NCBI RefSeq assembly: GCF_902652985.1 | Contig: NC_047028.1 | Location: 15,004,001-15,068,000, forward strand | DNA: 64,000 nt | Direction: 5' to 3' | Source: Pecten maximus | Taxonomy: Eukaryota | Part shown: positions 1 to 27,415 of the stretch, one piece after another | How the letters are laid out: every line of letters starts with the position of its first letter | How positions within the stretch are numbered: position 1 is the stretch's first letter | The notes under the pieces: generated by a model | Database searches by the model: none | Seen by the model: only the letters and a program-made list of their open reading frames with translations | What the model was told of the DNA's origin: nothing | Translations under genes and position numbers: made by a program

Positions 1-521
1 GGACGACTATTGGAAACGTTTGTAGCTAAACTCTTGCCATCTTGCTACCTTCAAATAGATATTATTAATTTAGTTTCATTTGATGTGAAAACATTGATAT
101 GGATAAATAAAAAAATTGTGACGAGTTCTAGCGGAGTTATCTACCCCTGTACCACGAGCGAGCGTGTAATGTTTTCCCGAGATATTATTTTCTTTTAAAC
201 AGATCTACTAATTATGAAGACATAACAAATCTACACAAATAACATCATGTGTCAATATTTTTATATTTTTAATTTTCTGGTATGAATGTCAATCAGAGAA
301 ATTTCTTGCTCGCATTTCAGACTAATTTCATACGCAACACGCTGTTTTGTACATCAGCCTGTTATTGATCTGATCGTCCCAGATGAGGTGAGCATATCGA
401 CCGTATTGTCTGGCTGAGAATTTTTTGATGCGTGTTTTGTTCAACTGTCTGGGAGTTTTTGTTGAAGGTTTGAAACACATCCGTTATGCTGTACACTTTC
501 TTATCAGACAAGTATCTCTAA

Positions 522-1146
522 TGTAATTACTTATAGGTATTTCACTATATATTATTATACTGGAGGTGTCGGTATTCCCTGACAGTACTAAACAGAGCCA
601 CGGGGATGTGAGAAGTTGTTGGAGTCTAGGTGATAGGGTCAGCCCTTAATTCCTTTAGAGGTAAAACACGTCACGTAATAAGAAGTGAGCCCTACTGTGT
701 CGGTGACAGACTGATACAGATTTAATTCTTCAGTACTGGTCCTACCGAGATGTCTACTAGTAAAGGCTACGTGAGGGTTAGTACAGAGTTATTGATCTAT
801 TATAGGACCTTTAAAGCATTTACACTGACGAATACTTTATTCAGGGCGACGAGTTGTTAAACCATGGGACATATACATGTATGATCTGTGGGTAAGGCAT
901 CTTGCTTACCCCTCAATCGGAACCCCTCGTCATTTTCTACGAAACTAGACGCAAACGGCTGCGAGGTGTTCCGATTGGCTTACCCCTGTGGGTCTGTAGT
1001 ATCGTGTTTATTTTATGGGGGCCGTATTTCCATTTATATCCCAATTTAACTTCTTTAGATTAATATTATCACCTATTCAGTATCTATAATAGACTGCCTA
1101 CCATCCCCTCTGTTTTTGTAAAGAAGGATCCCGCTAAATCCTTACA
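522..1146. mobile_element. Possible solo LTR
   Basis: TGTAA...TTACA termini flanked by CTAA/CTAG (one-mismatch 4-bp TSD); no internal ORF. Weak. Confidence 0.25.
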
Positions 1147-2642
1147 CTAGTAGCTTACCTACCCTAGTTTGAAGCTGAAATTCAGACATTATATCCTAAA
1201 GACCAAAATCATAAGGCTTTATTTTATATATAACTTTGATATTCTAATAAACATATCTGAATCTGAATCTGATATTCTAGAGACAGACTAGTCTAAATCT
1301 AAAAAGTGATACCACCTCTTCAGAATGTATAAGTAACATCACAAAGTTCGATTGGCAGATAACACCTATTCTAATGGGTAATGTCACTTGTTCAATACAA
1401 ATCATAGAGTCTACCATATTCGCGTGTAAGAAATGCATGAATAAATTTAAAAAATAAATGTCATTGTTTTGTTTTCATTGTCTTAATCACAATTAAGGAG
1501 ATGTTGGCGGTTATTTCCCGCCACTTCACTAATATTGTACCGACAATACTAACCTACCGATTCTCAACATACCAAAACGCAATTCTTGCGTAATTAAAGT
1601 GAAAGAAAATTTCATACGTTTTTTTTCCATTCCACATTGATATATATAGTTATATCAAATAAAACAGACGATGGTTGACATTCCATACTAGATGACTTTA
1701 TAAACGCCAATAGATGGTAACATATATTGCAATAGATGATGATAAATAGTAAAACGACATCTCCATGGTCCCGCACTGCAGCTGGACCAGTAAGCGTGCA
1801 GACACACGTACATGTACGGCTAGACACCATGTGATGCTGTGAATACGCGCATCTCAATCGATCGGAGAACTCCAAGATACTTGTGTGCGCCAGCGCTCAG
1901 TTCCACGCTCTTTAAGATAACAAACATTGCACAAACTGTGTAACCCCCGAGATAGTCAGTGACGCATAATTAGTGTAGTCAGGGCCCTACTATATCCTTA
2001 ATGACGTATACATGCCACACATGTACAGGGACATTGTGTCCCCAAACCCCTTAATTTATCTAGTCAAGGACGTAAAATCTGACGACTTCATCTTCCTATA
2101 AAACAATGGTTTATTATTTTAACTACTATATCGGTATACAAGATAAGTTTTATCGACATCCATTGTCTATGGTGTAAGATGGGTTGATGTGTACATGTAA
2201 AAACGAGCATAACATGATTAGCTCACGTGCTGAATCTCGAATTTAATTATATAGCATAGACAAGTTATACAGGATAGATTATCAGATTCAGGAACCATAA
2301 CTCTGTCGTGACTCAAGAGATATACTTAGAACGTGAAGTGAATAATTGATATGTTTTGTGAAATCTGTTGACAAGTTTCTATGACAGGACAAAATGTCGA
2401 CCTAAATACATCCCTTGTGTACAAACAACGTGTGAACATTTTATAAATTGTATAATGGGCCCGCATCACATCAACAACAATTTCCAAGAAAAGTTATCTT
2501 TTGCATAAGTAAGAGTTATAATAAAGAGTGTCACACATGTTCGTAGAACATTATTATCTGGTTATAGAGTTCATTCTGTTTTGCCATTTTTGTGCATTAT
2601 ATGTCGAATTTTAAGGAAAAATAGTACTCTTTTCTCAAACAG

Positions 2643-2714
2643 CCAATCATATGCCGGCGTTTCTGCGGATGAGCGTGGAAGAGTAAATATCCATCATCGT
2701 GGGCTGTATAAATA
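2643..2714 (+). promoter_or_regulatory. Core promoter of tubulin 1: CCAAT (2643), GCGGATG (2665), TATAAATA (2707)
   Basis: Motifs lie 80-150 bp upstream of the ATG in the same order as in the other three paralogues. Confidence 0.7.
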
Positions 2715-2790
2715 CATCCCGCCATACGATAAGTAACTTAGACCCATTGTACCAGCGAACCAGGTTGTTATACTCACATCTTTAAACATA

Positions 2791-8104
<5,314 letters not shown>

Positions 8105-8185
8105 GTGCAATTCTAACAGACAGATCATCGAATTGACTCATTCTATAAACTGACCAAAACCATTCAAAAATAAGCGATCAACGGA

Positions 8186-8191
8186 AATAAA
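8186..8191 (+). terminator. Poly(A) signal of tubulin 1
   Basis: AATAAA ~80 nt after the stop, followed by a T-rich tract. Confidence 0.6.
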
Positions 8192-8257
8192 TTATTCACT
8201 CTCTATTTTTGATTATTTCTTCAGTTTCGTTTTGATTGTATGGGAATTGGATATAAA

Positions 8258-8722
8258 GAACGTGAAGGTGACATCGTCAGTTACAGAACGTGAGGGTAAA
8301 AATCAGGTACACAGAACGTGAAGGTGACGTCGTCAGTTATAAAATCAGATTTACAGAACGTGAAGGTGACATCGTCAGTTATAAATCAGGTATACAGAAC
8401 GTGAAGGTAACATCGTCAGTTATAAATCAGGTATACAGAACGTGAAGGTGACATCGTCAGTTATAAATCAGGTATACAGAACGTGAAGGTGTCATGATCG
8501 TCAGTTATAAATCGGGTATACAGTACGTGAAGGTGACATCGTCAGTTATAAAATCAGGTATACAGAACGTCAAAGTGACATCGTCAATTATAAAATCAGG
8601 TATACAGTACGTCAAGGTGACATCGTCAGTTATAAACCAGGTATACAGAACGTGAAGGTGACATCGTCAGTTATAAACCAGGTATACAGAACGTGAAGGT
8701 GACATCGTCAGTTATAAAATCA
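8258..8722. repeat. Minisatellite, 41-42-bp unit GTATACAGAACGTGAAGGTGACATCGTCAGTTATAAATCAG, ~11 copies
   Basis: Direct tandem copies just downstream of the tubulin 1 poly(A) signal. Confidence 0.95.
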
Positions 8723-9199
8723 ATATGCCATGTACATAATCCATCATGTCTATAATAAGTGGATTAATTAACACGTGGTGCTTTAGGTGTTACGTCAGGG
8801 ACCTTCAGTAACAATTTTAGTAATAAACAAGTTATACTGTGGTGTAAACAAGTTTATAAATAAGGCCTACGTGTCTATATTGTAAACAAATTTATTATTG
8901 GATATGGTTCCTATGGTGAAGGCAAGTTTATAAATAACGCGTTGTTCCTTCGGTGTAAGCAAGTTTATATATAAACCTATATCGTGAATGCTAGACAGCA
9001 GTCTTTATTTTGCGATTAACTTCACTAATAAACAGAATACCCCGTCCCTGATCCCTTAAGCTTATAGAAATAAAAAAAAATATTTCGTGCACATCTCGGC
9101 TTTTTTAGAGTCGTAGAAACGTGACCTTCATATTTACTATTTAGGATCAGAAAAAAATAAAATGGCTTTCGTGTAGTCACGTGTATATATTTCAATAAT

Positions 9200-9490
9200 T
9201 TTAATCTTGCTTGTTACAAACATTTTCATTGGCTTAAACATTTATGTTATCAGCCCATAACGTAAAGAAATGACAGCCGTTTGTAACGTCGCTTCTGACT
9301 GGCTGATATAGTGACAGCCAATTGTAACGTCGCTTCTGACTGGCTGATATAGTGACAGCCAATTGTAACGTCGCTTCTGACTGGCTGATATAGTGACAGC
9401 CGTTTGTAACGTCGCTTCTGACTGGCTGATATAGTGACGTAATTATGTATAAGAGGAAAAGAGTTCCATCAATAGAAGTAGACTTCCACA
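9200..9490 (+). mobile_element. Dispersed repeat containing 4 tandem 41-bp units (GTGACAGCCAATTGTAACGTCGCTTCTGACTGGCTGATATA)
   Basis: Flanks and one unit align with the reverse complement of 44175-44335. Confidence 0.75.
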
Positions 9491-10572
9491 TGGATTGTAT
9501 ATAGTAAATTAAATTATAAGGATTAACTTATTTATGTTGTTTATGTAATGGAGCTATAAAACAAGAAAAAAAACCAGGAGTGAACCCTTAGTATATATAG
9601 AATAAAGTTGAAATGTCCATGTGACGGTAAATAATAATAAAATAAAAAGCCAAACACAGATCTGCTGTCTCCCTAGTACTTTCGCGGCTACATTGTGCCG
9701 CTCTTCAGAGGAATATGAATTTTATTTGGTACATCATTTTATGACGTCATAATAGTAGGGTACATAATTTATAAAACACTTATTTGTCCAGTTTACAAGG
9801 GTTGAGACCAACTATATGATACGGTTTAAACAAACCAATCCATTAAAAACTTGATCGGAGCAATTACATCGTATAGATCTGTACACCAAATCTATAGATC
9901 CGTACTCCGTACTCAAATTAAAACCGGTCATGGTATACAAAGATTTTGCCGTATAGTACATGTAAAATAGATGCGGTAACTTGAAATAATGTAAACTTTC
10001 AATAGGTAATTGTGTTAGTAAACATATATATAACAAGATTTATTCAAGTTAATCCTTAATTGAGCGTTCCATATACCACCCTCCAATAGTGTAGAAAGAC
10101 ATATATCGAGGATGATATCGATAGAAAGATTGGATTTCTGGTCGAAAATACTGTTAATGAGTAGATTTTATTTTCGCACGAGTCTGATTTCATAGATAAG
10201 CTTATCAGAACGACCTTGACAATTGCCTCTTTTTCATAAACTTATAATCAAGGACCTTAGACTAGTCTACATCAGCCGCTTACCTCGGCCCTCACAACGT
10301 AACCAACATGGAAGAAGTTGTATGATAAGCGAGGGAAATTCTAATATTCCTGTTATGGAATTTCTAGATAATCAAATTGTTGCTTCCAACGCATGTTTTC
10401 TAGAGGTGCAGGTTGACAAAGACTATGTGGGATTTTATAGAATTCTTGATTTTACTCGGATATAGTTCCTTGTTCGATGTGACATCTGACCTGTTCGGCG
10501 CTCGTTGGCATGTATGGTGGTTCCGTTATCGCCTCCCTCATCTGAGGGACTGTAGCATTGCATTACTTTGAC

Positions 10573-11005
10573 CTAGATTTACATGGCCGGTGTCGTCTGT
10601 AAAACTGAGGACGCTAACCTTTGCCGAACACCTGGTCTTGTCCTTGTACTGTTGAAAGATTCTCAGTGTAAGTAGGTTAACTCGAAATGATCGATTTTGA
10701 TGTAGAATAACAATCTCGCTTACTCATTGGTATCCACTTGTTTTCTGTTGGGCTCGTATTGTTGTCTCTAGCGATGAACATTAAACAAAAAGACACAAGT
10801 TAGATATTGTATTAATACAACAGAGAACATCGACTTACATGACTGTACAACGAAACCGCTATTCTCATTTAAAATCGGCAATGCGAGGGAAAAATAAATT
10901 TATCTGCATCGAGACACCTGAAACAGGACAAAGAAGGCCAGACCAGATGTTCCGGAAGAGTAAAGGTCTTCTGCTTCATTGACGACACCAGTTATGTAAA
11001 TCTAG
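10573..11005. mobile_element. Diverged inverted pair of a repeat, possibly Penelope-like pseudo-LTR copies
   Basis: CTAGATTTACATGGCCGGTGTCGTC...CCGAACACCTGGTCT (from 10573) matches the reverse complement of AGACCAGATGTTCCGG...GACGACACCAGTTATGTAAATCTAG (to 11005). The family assignment is from recollection only. Confidence 0.55.
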
Positions 11006-11737
11006 TTAAATCCGGATAACGTCACATCCTCTAAATGAGATCTAGGATGGTAACAACAGAACCGCTAACAATATTGTCTTAATTCATATCGTACAAGGAA
11101 AAAGAATATTTCCCAATGAGACAAAAATAATTGTGAAATTGAATTAGTACTTTTTCACAAACAAGGAAATGGGTTGCATAGTAACTGAAAGGTAAATTGA
11201 GGAAGCCAGTGTTGAATCAGATACAATTATACATAATACAAGCAGATGTCAACAAAAATTCGCTTGATATAAACTGAAATGAAACTCTATACATATACTT
11301 GTGCTGTCTGATTGGCTTTATATGTGGTCCCCTATGATTACAGCCTTTTATCATTGTCAGGTACACAGCGGCTCAGTTTTTATGTACAGATTACCACACA
11401 AATCCCTTCTACACCGGTACTGCAAAAATGACTTTGGTCATCGAAACTATTCTCTGTATGTGAATAATTGATGAAGCTCGGTCGACTGAATTTCATAATT
11501 GCGTCTTGAATTTGAAATGCAGTGATTAGAGATACTTTCCACACCCCGAGAAACGTCACTTTCCGCCGCCACACACTATACAGAAATGTTTCCTCTCTCT
11601 AATATGTTTCTTGTGCAACACTGTTTTTCATTTTTACAAAAAATACTCATTTTTCTTTCGTATGTTTTATTGTAAAAAGTTGTGCATTATTTGTGATTTT
11701 TTAAATTATAATTTTGGAAGAAAAAAAAAACGAACCG

Positions 11738-11815
11738 CCAATTTGTAACTGACGCAGCCAATGGAATGTCTCCGTCGCTGCGGAAGAATCTGACTCGTTT
11801 TCGGATGTATTAATA
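11738..11815 (+). promoter_or_regulatory. Core promoter of tubulin 2: CCAAT (11738, 11758), GCGGAAG (11780), TATTAATA (11808)
   Basis: Conserved motif order and spacing upstream of the ATG at 11880. Confidence 0.65.
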
Positions 11816-11879
11816 CACGTTTCTGCTTGGTTTCTGTATCAGAAGTCATTAGGAAGTCGAAGGATAAACACGTTTCGTC

Positions 11880-19694
<7,815 letters not shown>

Positions 19695-19788
19695 GATGAA
19701 CTCAACCAATAAAACATGTCAAATCGGACAAAGATCCTCTATTCGAATAATCTTTGTTTCAATTGTAAGCTCGTTGTGAAAAATCCAC

Positions 19789-19794
19789 AATAAA
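19789..19794 (+). terminator. Poly(A) signal of tubulin 2 (alternative AATAAA at 19708)
   Basis: AATAAA ~95 nt after the stop. Confidence 0.5.
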
Positions 19795-20308
19795 CATTGT
19801 TAACGTCGGTTATTATGCATCAATTATCTCAAAATATGCCAGAATACCAAAATGTTGTTAAAGAATACATATTTTAGATGAGTTCCAAAATATTTTGTAA
19901 AACTAACAAATCAATGTATATATGACAATTGTTTCCATTTCTCGACTCTTGTCCAAGGATAAACCCAGGATGTTTCTGGGTACATGCTATCCTGTCACGT
20001 GGTTCCCAAGGGATGTCATTAAAGTCTCTAATTTGCTGGCCCCCCGCTGGTATTGTTTTCTCTATCTTGCCGACAGAATGTAAACACTATATTGTAACTC
20101 ACATTGTTCTGATATTACACAATAAAATCAATAGCTGATCCGGATATTATTCTCTTTAGTAACATCATCACGTGATTTCATTAATACCAAATGTCTGTTC
20201 AGATGACGTCAACCCTTAATTACAGAAAAAATACAACTACAATTTGGCTGATGGCCATAACTCTTCCGTGCAGTAGTCTATTCTCATTCGATACCGCCTG
20301 TCTACGGT

Positions 20309-21729
20309 ATAGATACTGGGGATGTACTTATACTGTCGTGTAGATACTGGGGATGTACTTACACTGTCGTGTAGATACTGGGGATGTACTTATACTGTCG
20401 TGTAGATACTGGGGATGTACTTACACTGTCGTGTAGATACTGGGGATGTACTTACACTGTCGTGTAGATACTGGGGATGTACTTATACTGTCGTGTAGAT
20501 ACTGGGGATGTACTTATACTGTCGTGTAGATACTGGGGATGTACTTATACTGTCGTGTAGATACTGGGGATGTACTTACACTGTCGTGTAGATACTGGGG
20601 ATGTACTTATACTGTCGTGTAGATACTGGGGATGTACTTATACTGTCGTGTAGATACTGGGGATGTACTTACACTGTCGTGTAGATACTGGGGATGTACT
20701 TATACTGTCGTGTAGATACTGGGGATGTACTTACACTGTCGTGTAGATACTGGGGATGTACTTACACTGTCGTGTAGATACTGGGGATGTACTTATACTG
20801 TCGTGTAGATACTGGGGATGTACTTATACTGTCGTGTAGATACTGGGGATGTACTTACACTGTCGTGTAGATACTGGGGATGTACTTATACTGTCGTGTA
20901 GATACTGCGGATGTACTTATACTGTCGTGTAGATACTGGGGATGTACTTATACTGTCGTGTAGATACTGGGGATGTACTTATACTGTCGTGTAGATACTG
21001 GGGATGTACTTATACTGTCGTGTAGATACTGGGGATGTACTTATACTGTCGTGTAGATACTGGGGATGTACTTACACTGTCGTGTAGATACTGGGGATGT
21101 ACTTATACTGTCGTGTAGATACTGGGGATGTACTTACACTGTCGTGTAGATACTGGGGATGTACTTATACTGTCGTGTAGATACTGGGGATGTACTTATA
21201 CTGTCGTGTAGATACTGGGGATGTACTTACACTGTCGTGTAGATACTGGGGATGTACTTACACTGTCGTGTAGATACTGGGGATGTACTTATACTGTCGT
21301 GTAGATACTGGGGATGTACTTACACTGTCGTGTAGATACTGGGGATGTACTTACACTGTCGTGTAGATACTGTGGATGTACTGATACTGTCGTGTAGATA
21401 CTGTGGATGTACTGATACTGTCGTGTAGATACTGGGGATGTACGTATACTGTCGTGTAGATACTGGGGATGTACGTATACTGTCGTGTAGATACTGGGGA
21501 TGTACGTATACTGTCGTGTAGATACTGGGGATGTACGTATACTGTCGTGTAGATACTGGGGATGTACTGATACTGTCGTGTAGATACTGGGGATGTACTG
21601 ATACTGTCGTGTAGATACTGGGGATGTACTTACACTGTCGTGTAGATACTGGGGATGTACTTATACTGTCGTGTAGATACTGGGGATGTACTTATACTGT
21701 CGTGTAGATACTGGGGATGTACTTATACT
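20309..21729. repeat. Minisatellite, 31-bp unit GTAGATACTGGGGATGTACTTAYACTGTCGT, ~46 copies
   Basis: Highly homogeneous tandem array. Confidence 0.97.
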
Positions 21730-22036
21730 CAGTATACACAGTGTACACAGGTTAGTGACGATCTGACTTTACGATAGAGCTATTCGCAAGTGTCAGATAT
21801 ACTAAGATATTCCTTCCCGAAATTGAGTTCACGACTCTGGAGAACACAAAGGAGATGGGACAAAGCGAGAACCTGCTGCATTGGATCAGTTTCAACGTGG
21901 ATTGACCCTAATGTTTATCATCCTCAAAAGAATCAACACCTCAAACATTCTGAATGAAAACCAGATATAGACCTATATTCCTCTTATTGTATCGTATTGA
22001 CCCGATTGAGTTGCCAGAAAATGCATCTGATTGCGC

Positions 22037-22130
22037 ATTCAATTCAATTCAAATGTTTATTGCACAATGCTAATTACATAAGTAATGCGATGACAATACA
22101 TACATAACGGTTCAGCAATATAAGTAGTGT
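22037..22130 (-). mobile_element. Possible LINE 3' tail (AATAAA followed by (TTGAA)3)
   Basis: The minus strand reads CAATAAACATTTGAATTGAATTGAAT. An analogous AATAAA-(ATCTGA)3 tail lies at ~1247-1272 on +. Confidence 0.3.
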
Positions 22131-22817
22131 ATTAGATTATACTGAATTGAACCCACTCTCCTCAGGTCTAACGACTGTTTTATGAATAGACAGAATTATT
22201 AGCTGAGATGGCATTAAGATTGTCATCTTCTGACATAATGGATAATCAATTTCATTTTATCGAGATACATTACTCTACCTTGATCATATAAAGGACATTT
22301 ATAGAAAAAGTGGATTTTGTTACCAACATTACAATCTTTTCAGACTCTTAAGTGTCTCGGGGTGTTATTTATTCGACCACGGGTCAGCTCTAAGTCATGT
22401 TCACAGAGTCTATAGTCTAAATTAGTATATATGGTCGTCTAAAATTGGAGTCGCTAATACTATATCAATATTGTTCTAAAAGAAACATACTAATTTATTA
22501 TCTTATATAGATGTCTATATTGCGTTTCCGTGAGAGGTTTTGAACAGTAATGCGTGTGTGGGGTGGGGGTCAGTATTCAGTATAGATAAGTCATAACAAA
22601 GATACAAATCGGTACGTGGAGGTGCATCACCCAACAATTTAACCAAACAACCAGAGGGAGAATCGCTTTTAACTAACATAAGTAATAGATTGAGTATCTA
22701 TCAAATAATGAATATAACTTAGCGATATGTTGTCTCCAATTCCTGTGTGTAGTATAAAAACTAGACTTCCAATTTTTTGCAAGACTTACCTGTTAATCAT
22801 AATAGATTATACGCAAT

Positions 22818-22905
22818 AGATAGAGTAGTTCCGCAATGAATACGGAATAAATAGAGTAGTTCCGCAATGAATACGGAATAAATAGAGTAGTTCCGAAATG
22901 AATAC
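22818..22905. repeat. 31-bp tandem (ATAGAGTAGTTCCGCAATGAATACGGAATAA), ~3 copies
   Basis: Direct copies, each with a TTCCG/CGGAA hairpin. Confidence 0.85.
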
Positions 22906-23798
22906 ATAATATATCTAAAACTGGACCATCCAGCTGTTCCGTTCTATGACTGTCAGTGTCAGATGCCAAGTAGTCAGCTGTGTGGAACTCCAGAAGGTAA
23001 AACAGGACAATTATAACGGATCTAAACAAATGTTATAGAACAGAGGCCGAAGTGTAATTAATGAATATATACGTATTTTTCGACGGTGGTGAAATGTTTG
23101 ACAATGCATCTCCGTCAAAGAGTGATTTTAACAATAGAATGTTGTATAGTTTTGAAAAATACAGAAAACGTATACCATTAAGTGGGTATCCGGAATCTGT
23201 CAAATGTGTATGTTAGTATACTGCATGCATTACGTAATTTATGTCCGTCCATCACCGGAAGTTGTTTTTATTTTATATTTACATGAGAAAATGAAAATAG
23301 AGAAGTTGAACTGTGACACATGTTCGATATTTCGCCAAGTGATCTCGATACATACATACACTACAATACAACATGTACATACTTTTACACCATTACCATC
23401 CTCCAAAAATTATTTAAACTTCTTTTTATATCTTTTAAACGATTATCAATTGATATATTTATTCATATAATGTGGGTGCCATTTTACGCATTTTGGTGAC
23501 GCTGTCTTAGGTGTAGCATCTTAGACTTGTGGTAATGATTCTCAGTTGGATGTTGATCAGACCGGATATGTCAGCCAACTTGTGGGATTCTCTATGTATT
23601 CATCATCATCAATGTCTACACAATAAGTGCGAAACAGTTTCCGGTGGAGGAAAAAAATATCATGTATTTTATCGGTGAACGTCTGTGCCAGTAACAACAA
23701 ACGCACTGATATGTCAGAGATTTCCTAACCATTACAATACGGCTGTCAGATAGACACAAGTCACCAATATAAATACATAGATACTACTAGTAGTCATT

Positions 23799-25630
23799 AA
23801 CACAAACAACCAGACGGAGTCGGACAGAAACACAAACAACCAGACGGAGTCGGACAGAAACACAAACAACCAGACGGAGTCAGACAGAAACACAAACAAC
23901 CAGACGGAGTCGGACAGAAACACAAACAACCAGACGGAGTCGGACAGAAACACAAACACCAAGACGGAGTCGGCACAGAAACACAAACAACCAGACGGAC
24001 TCGGACAGAAAACACAAACATACCAGACGGAGTCAGAACAGAAACCACAAACAACCAGGATCGGAGTCAGACAGAAACACAAACAACCAGACGGAGTCGG
24101 ACCGAACACAAACAACCAGACGGAGTCGGACGAAACACAACACAACAGACGGATTCGGACAGAAACACAAACAACCAGACGGAGTCGGACAGAAACACAA
24201 ACAACCAGACGGGAAGTCGGACAGAAACACAAACAACCAACGGAAGAGTCGGACAGAAAACACAAACAAACCCAGACGGAGTCGGGGACATGAAACACAA
24301 ACAACCATGACGGACTCAGGACAGAAACACAAACAACCAGACGGGAGTCGGACAGAATACACAAAACATAACCAGACGGTAGGTCGGACAGAAACACAAA
24401 CAACCAGACGGAGTCGGACAGAAACACAAACAACCAGACGGACTCGGACAGAAACACAAACAACCAGACGGAGTCGGACAGAAACACAAACAACCAGACG
24501 GAGTCGGACAGAAACACAAACAACCAGACGGAGTCGGACAGAAACACAAACAACCAGACGGAGTCAGACAGAAACACAAACAACCAGACGGAGTCAGACA
24601 GAAACACAAACAACCAGACGGAGTCGGACAGAAACACAAACAACCAGACGGAGTCAGACAGAAACACAAACAACCAGACGGAGTCAGACAGAAACACAAA
24701 CAACCAGACGGAGTCGGACAGAAACACAAACAACCAGACGGAGTCAGACAGAAACACAAACAACCAGACGGAGTCGGACAGAAACACAAACAACCAGACG
24801 GAGTCAGACAGAAACACAAACAACCAGACGGAGTCGGACAGAAACACAAACAACCAGACGGAGTCGGACAGAAACACAAACAACCAGACGGACTCGGACA
24901 GAAACACAAACAACCAGACGGAGTCGGACAGAAACACAAACAACCAGACGGAGTCAGACAGAAACACAAACAACCAGACGGACTCGGACAGAAACACAAA
25001 CAACCAGACGGAGTCAGACAGAAACACAAACAACCAGACGGAGTCAGACAGAAACACAAACAACCAGACGGAGTCGGACAGAAACACAAACAACCAGACG
25101 GAGTCGGACAGAAACACAAACAACCAGACGGAGTCGGACAGAAACACAAACAACCAGACGGAGTCGGACAGAAACACAAACAACCAGACGGAGTCGGACA
25201 GAAACACAAACAACCAGACGGAGTCGGACAGAAACACAAACAACCAGACGGAGTCGGACAGAAACACAAACAACCAGACGGAGTCGGACAGAAACACAAA
25301 CAACCAGACGGAGTCGGACAGAAACACAAACAACCAGACGGAGTCGGACAGAAACACAAACAACCAGACGGAGTCGGACAGAAACACAAACAACCAGACG
25401 GACTCGGACAGAAACACAAACAACCAGACGGAGTCGGACAGAAACACAAACAACCAGACGGAGTCGGACAGAAACACAAACAACCAGACGGAGTCGGACA
25501 GAAACACAAACAACCAGACGGAGTCGGACAGAAACACAAACAACCAGACGGAGTCGGACAGAAACACAAACAACCAGACGGAGTCGGACAGAAACACAAA
25601 CAACCAGACGGACTCAGACAGAAGCACACA
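23799..25630. repeat. Minisatellite, 30-bp unit GAAACACAAACAACCAGACGGAGTCGGACA, ~60 copies
   Basis: Tandem array; its stop-free 30-mer explains the long ORFs on both strands. Confidence 0.97.
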
Positions 25631-26794
25631 CGTCAATGACTCTAGTCAGTAACATATTAAAAAAGTCTTTTGATTAAGTAAACGTTCATTAATTAAAGAT
25701 CGAAGAATGATAATTATTTTGAGTTTGTGAACTTCGGTGGTGTTCAAAATTAAAAAATATATCCAAAATTTCGTCGAGCAACAGTCTGGATTTTCAAAAG
25801 TATCATCGGAACTTTATAATCAAGAATTTTTGTTTTAATCGGATACGATTGAGAATATGTTTATGAAAGCTATATCTTCATGCGTTACGAAGAATATCGG
25901 GCAAGAGAGGAATTAAATCGGGATACTTATAAAGACATAAGGTAGTATTACACTACTGAACATATACCATACAGTGTTGGTAGTACATGTGTAACAGTTG
26001 AACGACATTTTGAAACAACAATAAATGGCGGAAATATATTGCGTAAACTATTGAGAACATTCATCAATCATTGTATCATATCAATATTAAATCTTACAGT
26101 TTACCCCCGGGAACATTCGTCTCGCTTACCTCCCTTCACGTGAAATGTGAAATGACTTCGCGGAACCTAAACATCATTAACATGTGCATGATCTAATGTA
26201 GTAATCTCCCTTCGTTCATACGTTCTTTATTCATTCTCCATTTTATTTGTTCCTGCTTTTAGGGGAAGACTTTTAGAAAGTCAGTTTTATATTATTTTAT
26301 TTCGTCTTTCTCAGTAATCATTTGGGTTTTTTGGCGATCGTTCTAACTTTTCATTTTATATGTTTATTGTTTGTTTTTGGCGAGCATTCTCAGTTTTCGT
26401 TTAATTTTCTAAGTATTCATTATATCGTTCCCCAGCTGTTTTCGGTGTACAGAAGTTGACACTCTCACATTTTGTTGGTGTGTTATTGTCTGACGAACTG
26501 TCTCAGATTCCATTGTACTACACGTACTTGATCGACCAGTTTACAATATGTTTTGTTACTTTTGTGTTATGTGTACCTTCCTAGCTCTTTTTGTCGTTTT
26601 GTTGATCATTTCATAATGATAATTTCAGTTTAATTTGGTGAATATGCTCACATTTATATTTCTGAAATCGCAAGACATTATGGATTTATTTTTGTATTCT
26701 GTGTTTGGTGTTCATTTTCCTTTCCGTCCATTTTTTTGTTTCCATTTTTCCCTTTCTGCCTCGTATTGGTTGTACAATACACTATGAAATAAAT

Positions 26795-27415
26795 TACCAC
26801 ATCGTCAATACACAAAGATACACTATACCACACCGTCAATACACAAAGATACATATACCACACCGTCAATACACATGGATACATTATACCACACCGTCAA
26901 TACACAGTGATACAATATACCACACCGTGACGTCAATACACAAAGATACAATATACCACACCGTCAATACACAAAGATAAAATATACCACACAGTCAATA
27001 CACAAAGACACAATATACCACATCGTCAATACACAGTGATAAAATATACCACACCGTCAATACACAAGGATACAATATACCACATCGTCAATACACAGTG
27101 ATAAAATATACCACACCGTCAATACACAAGGATACAATATACCACATCGTCAATACACAGTGATAAAATATACCACACCGTCAATACACAAAATACAATA
27201 TACCACACCGTCAATACACAAAATACAATATACCACATCGTTAATACACATGGATACAATATACCACACCGTCATTACACAAGGATACAATATACCACAC
27301 CGTCAATACACAAGGATACAATATACCACACCGTCATTACACAAGGATACAATATACCACACCGTCAATACACAAGGATACAATATACCACGTAAAGACA
27401 AAATATATCACACCG
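26795..27415. repeat. Minisatellite, 30-31-bp unit ATATACCACACCGTCAATACACAAGGATACA, ~20 copies
   Basis: Tandem array. Confidence 0.95.

Noticed and set aside
23799-25630. Resemblance of the 30-bp unit (ACCAGAC..TCGGACAGA) to tubulin exon 3
   Set aside because: Only 7- and 9-nt matches with different spacing; compatible with chance.
23732-25677. 634-, 456- and 437-aa ORFs (LSDSVWLFVF, RRSRTETQTT, CLCFCPTPSG repeats)
   Set aside because: A stop-free 30-bp unit is open in several frames on both strands, with no credible start, splice or promoter context.
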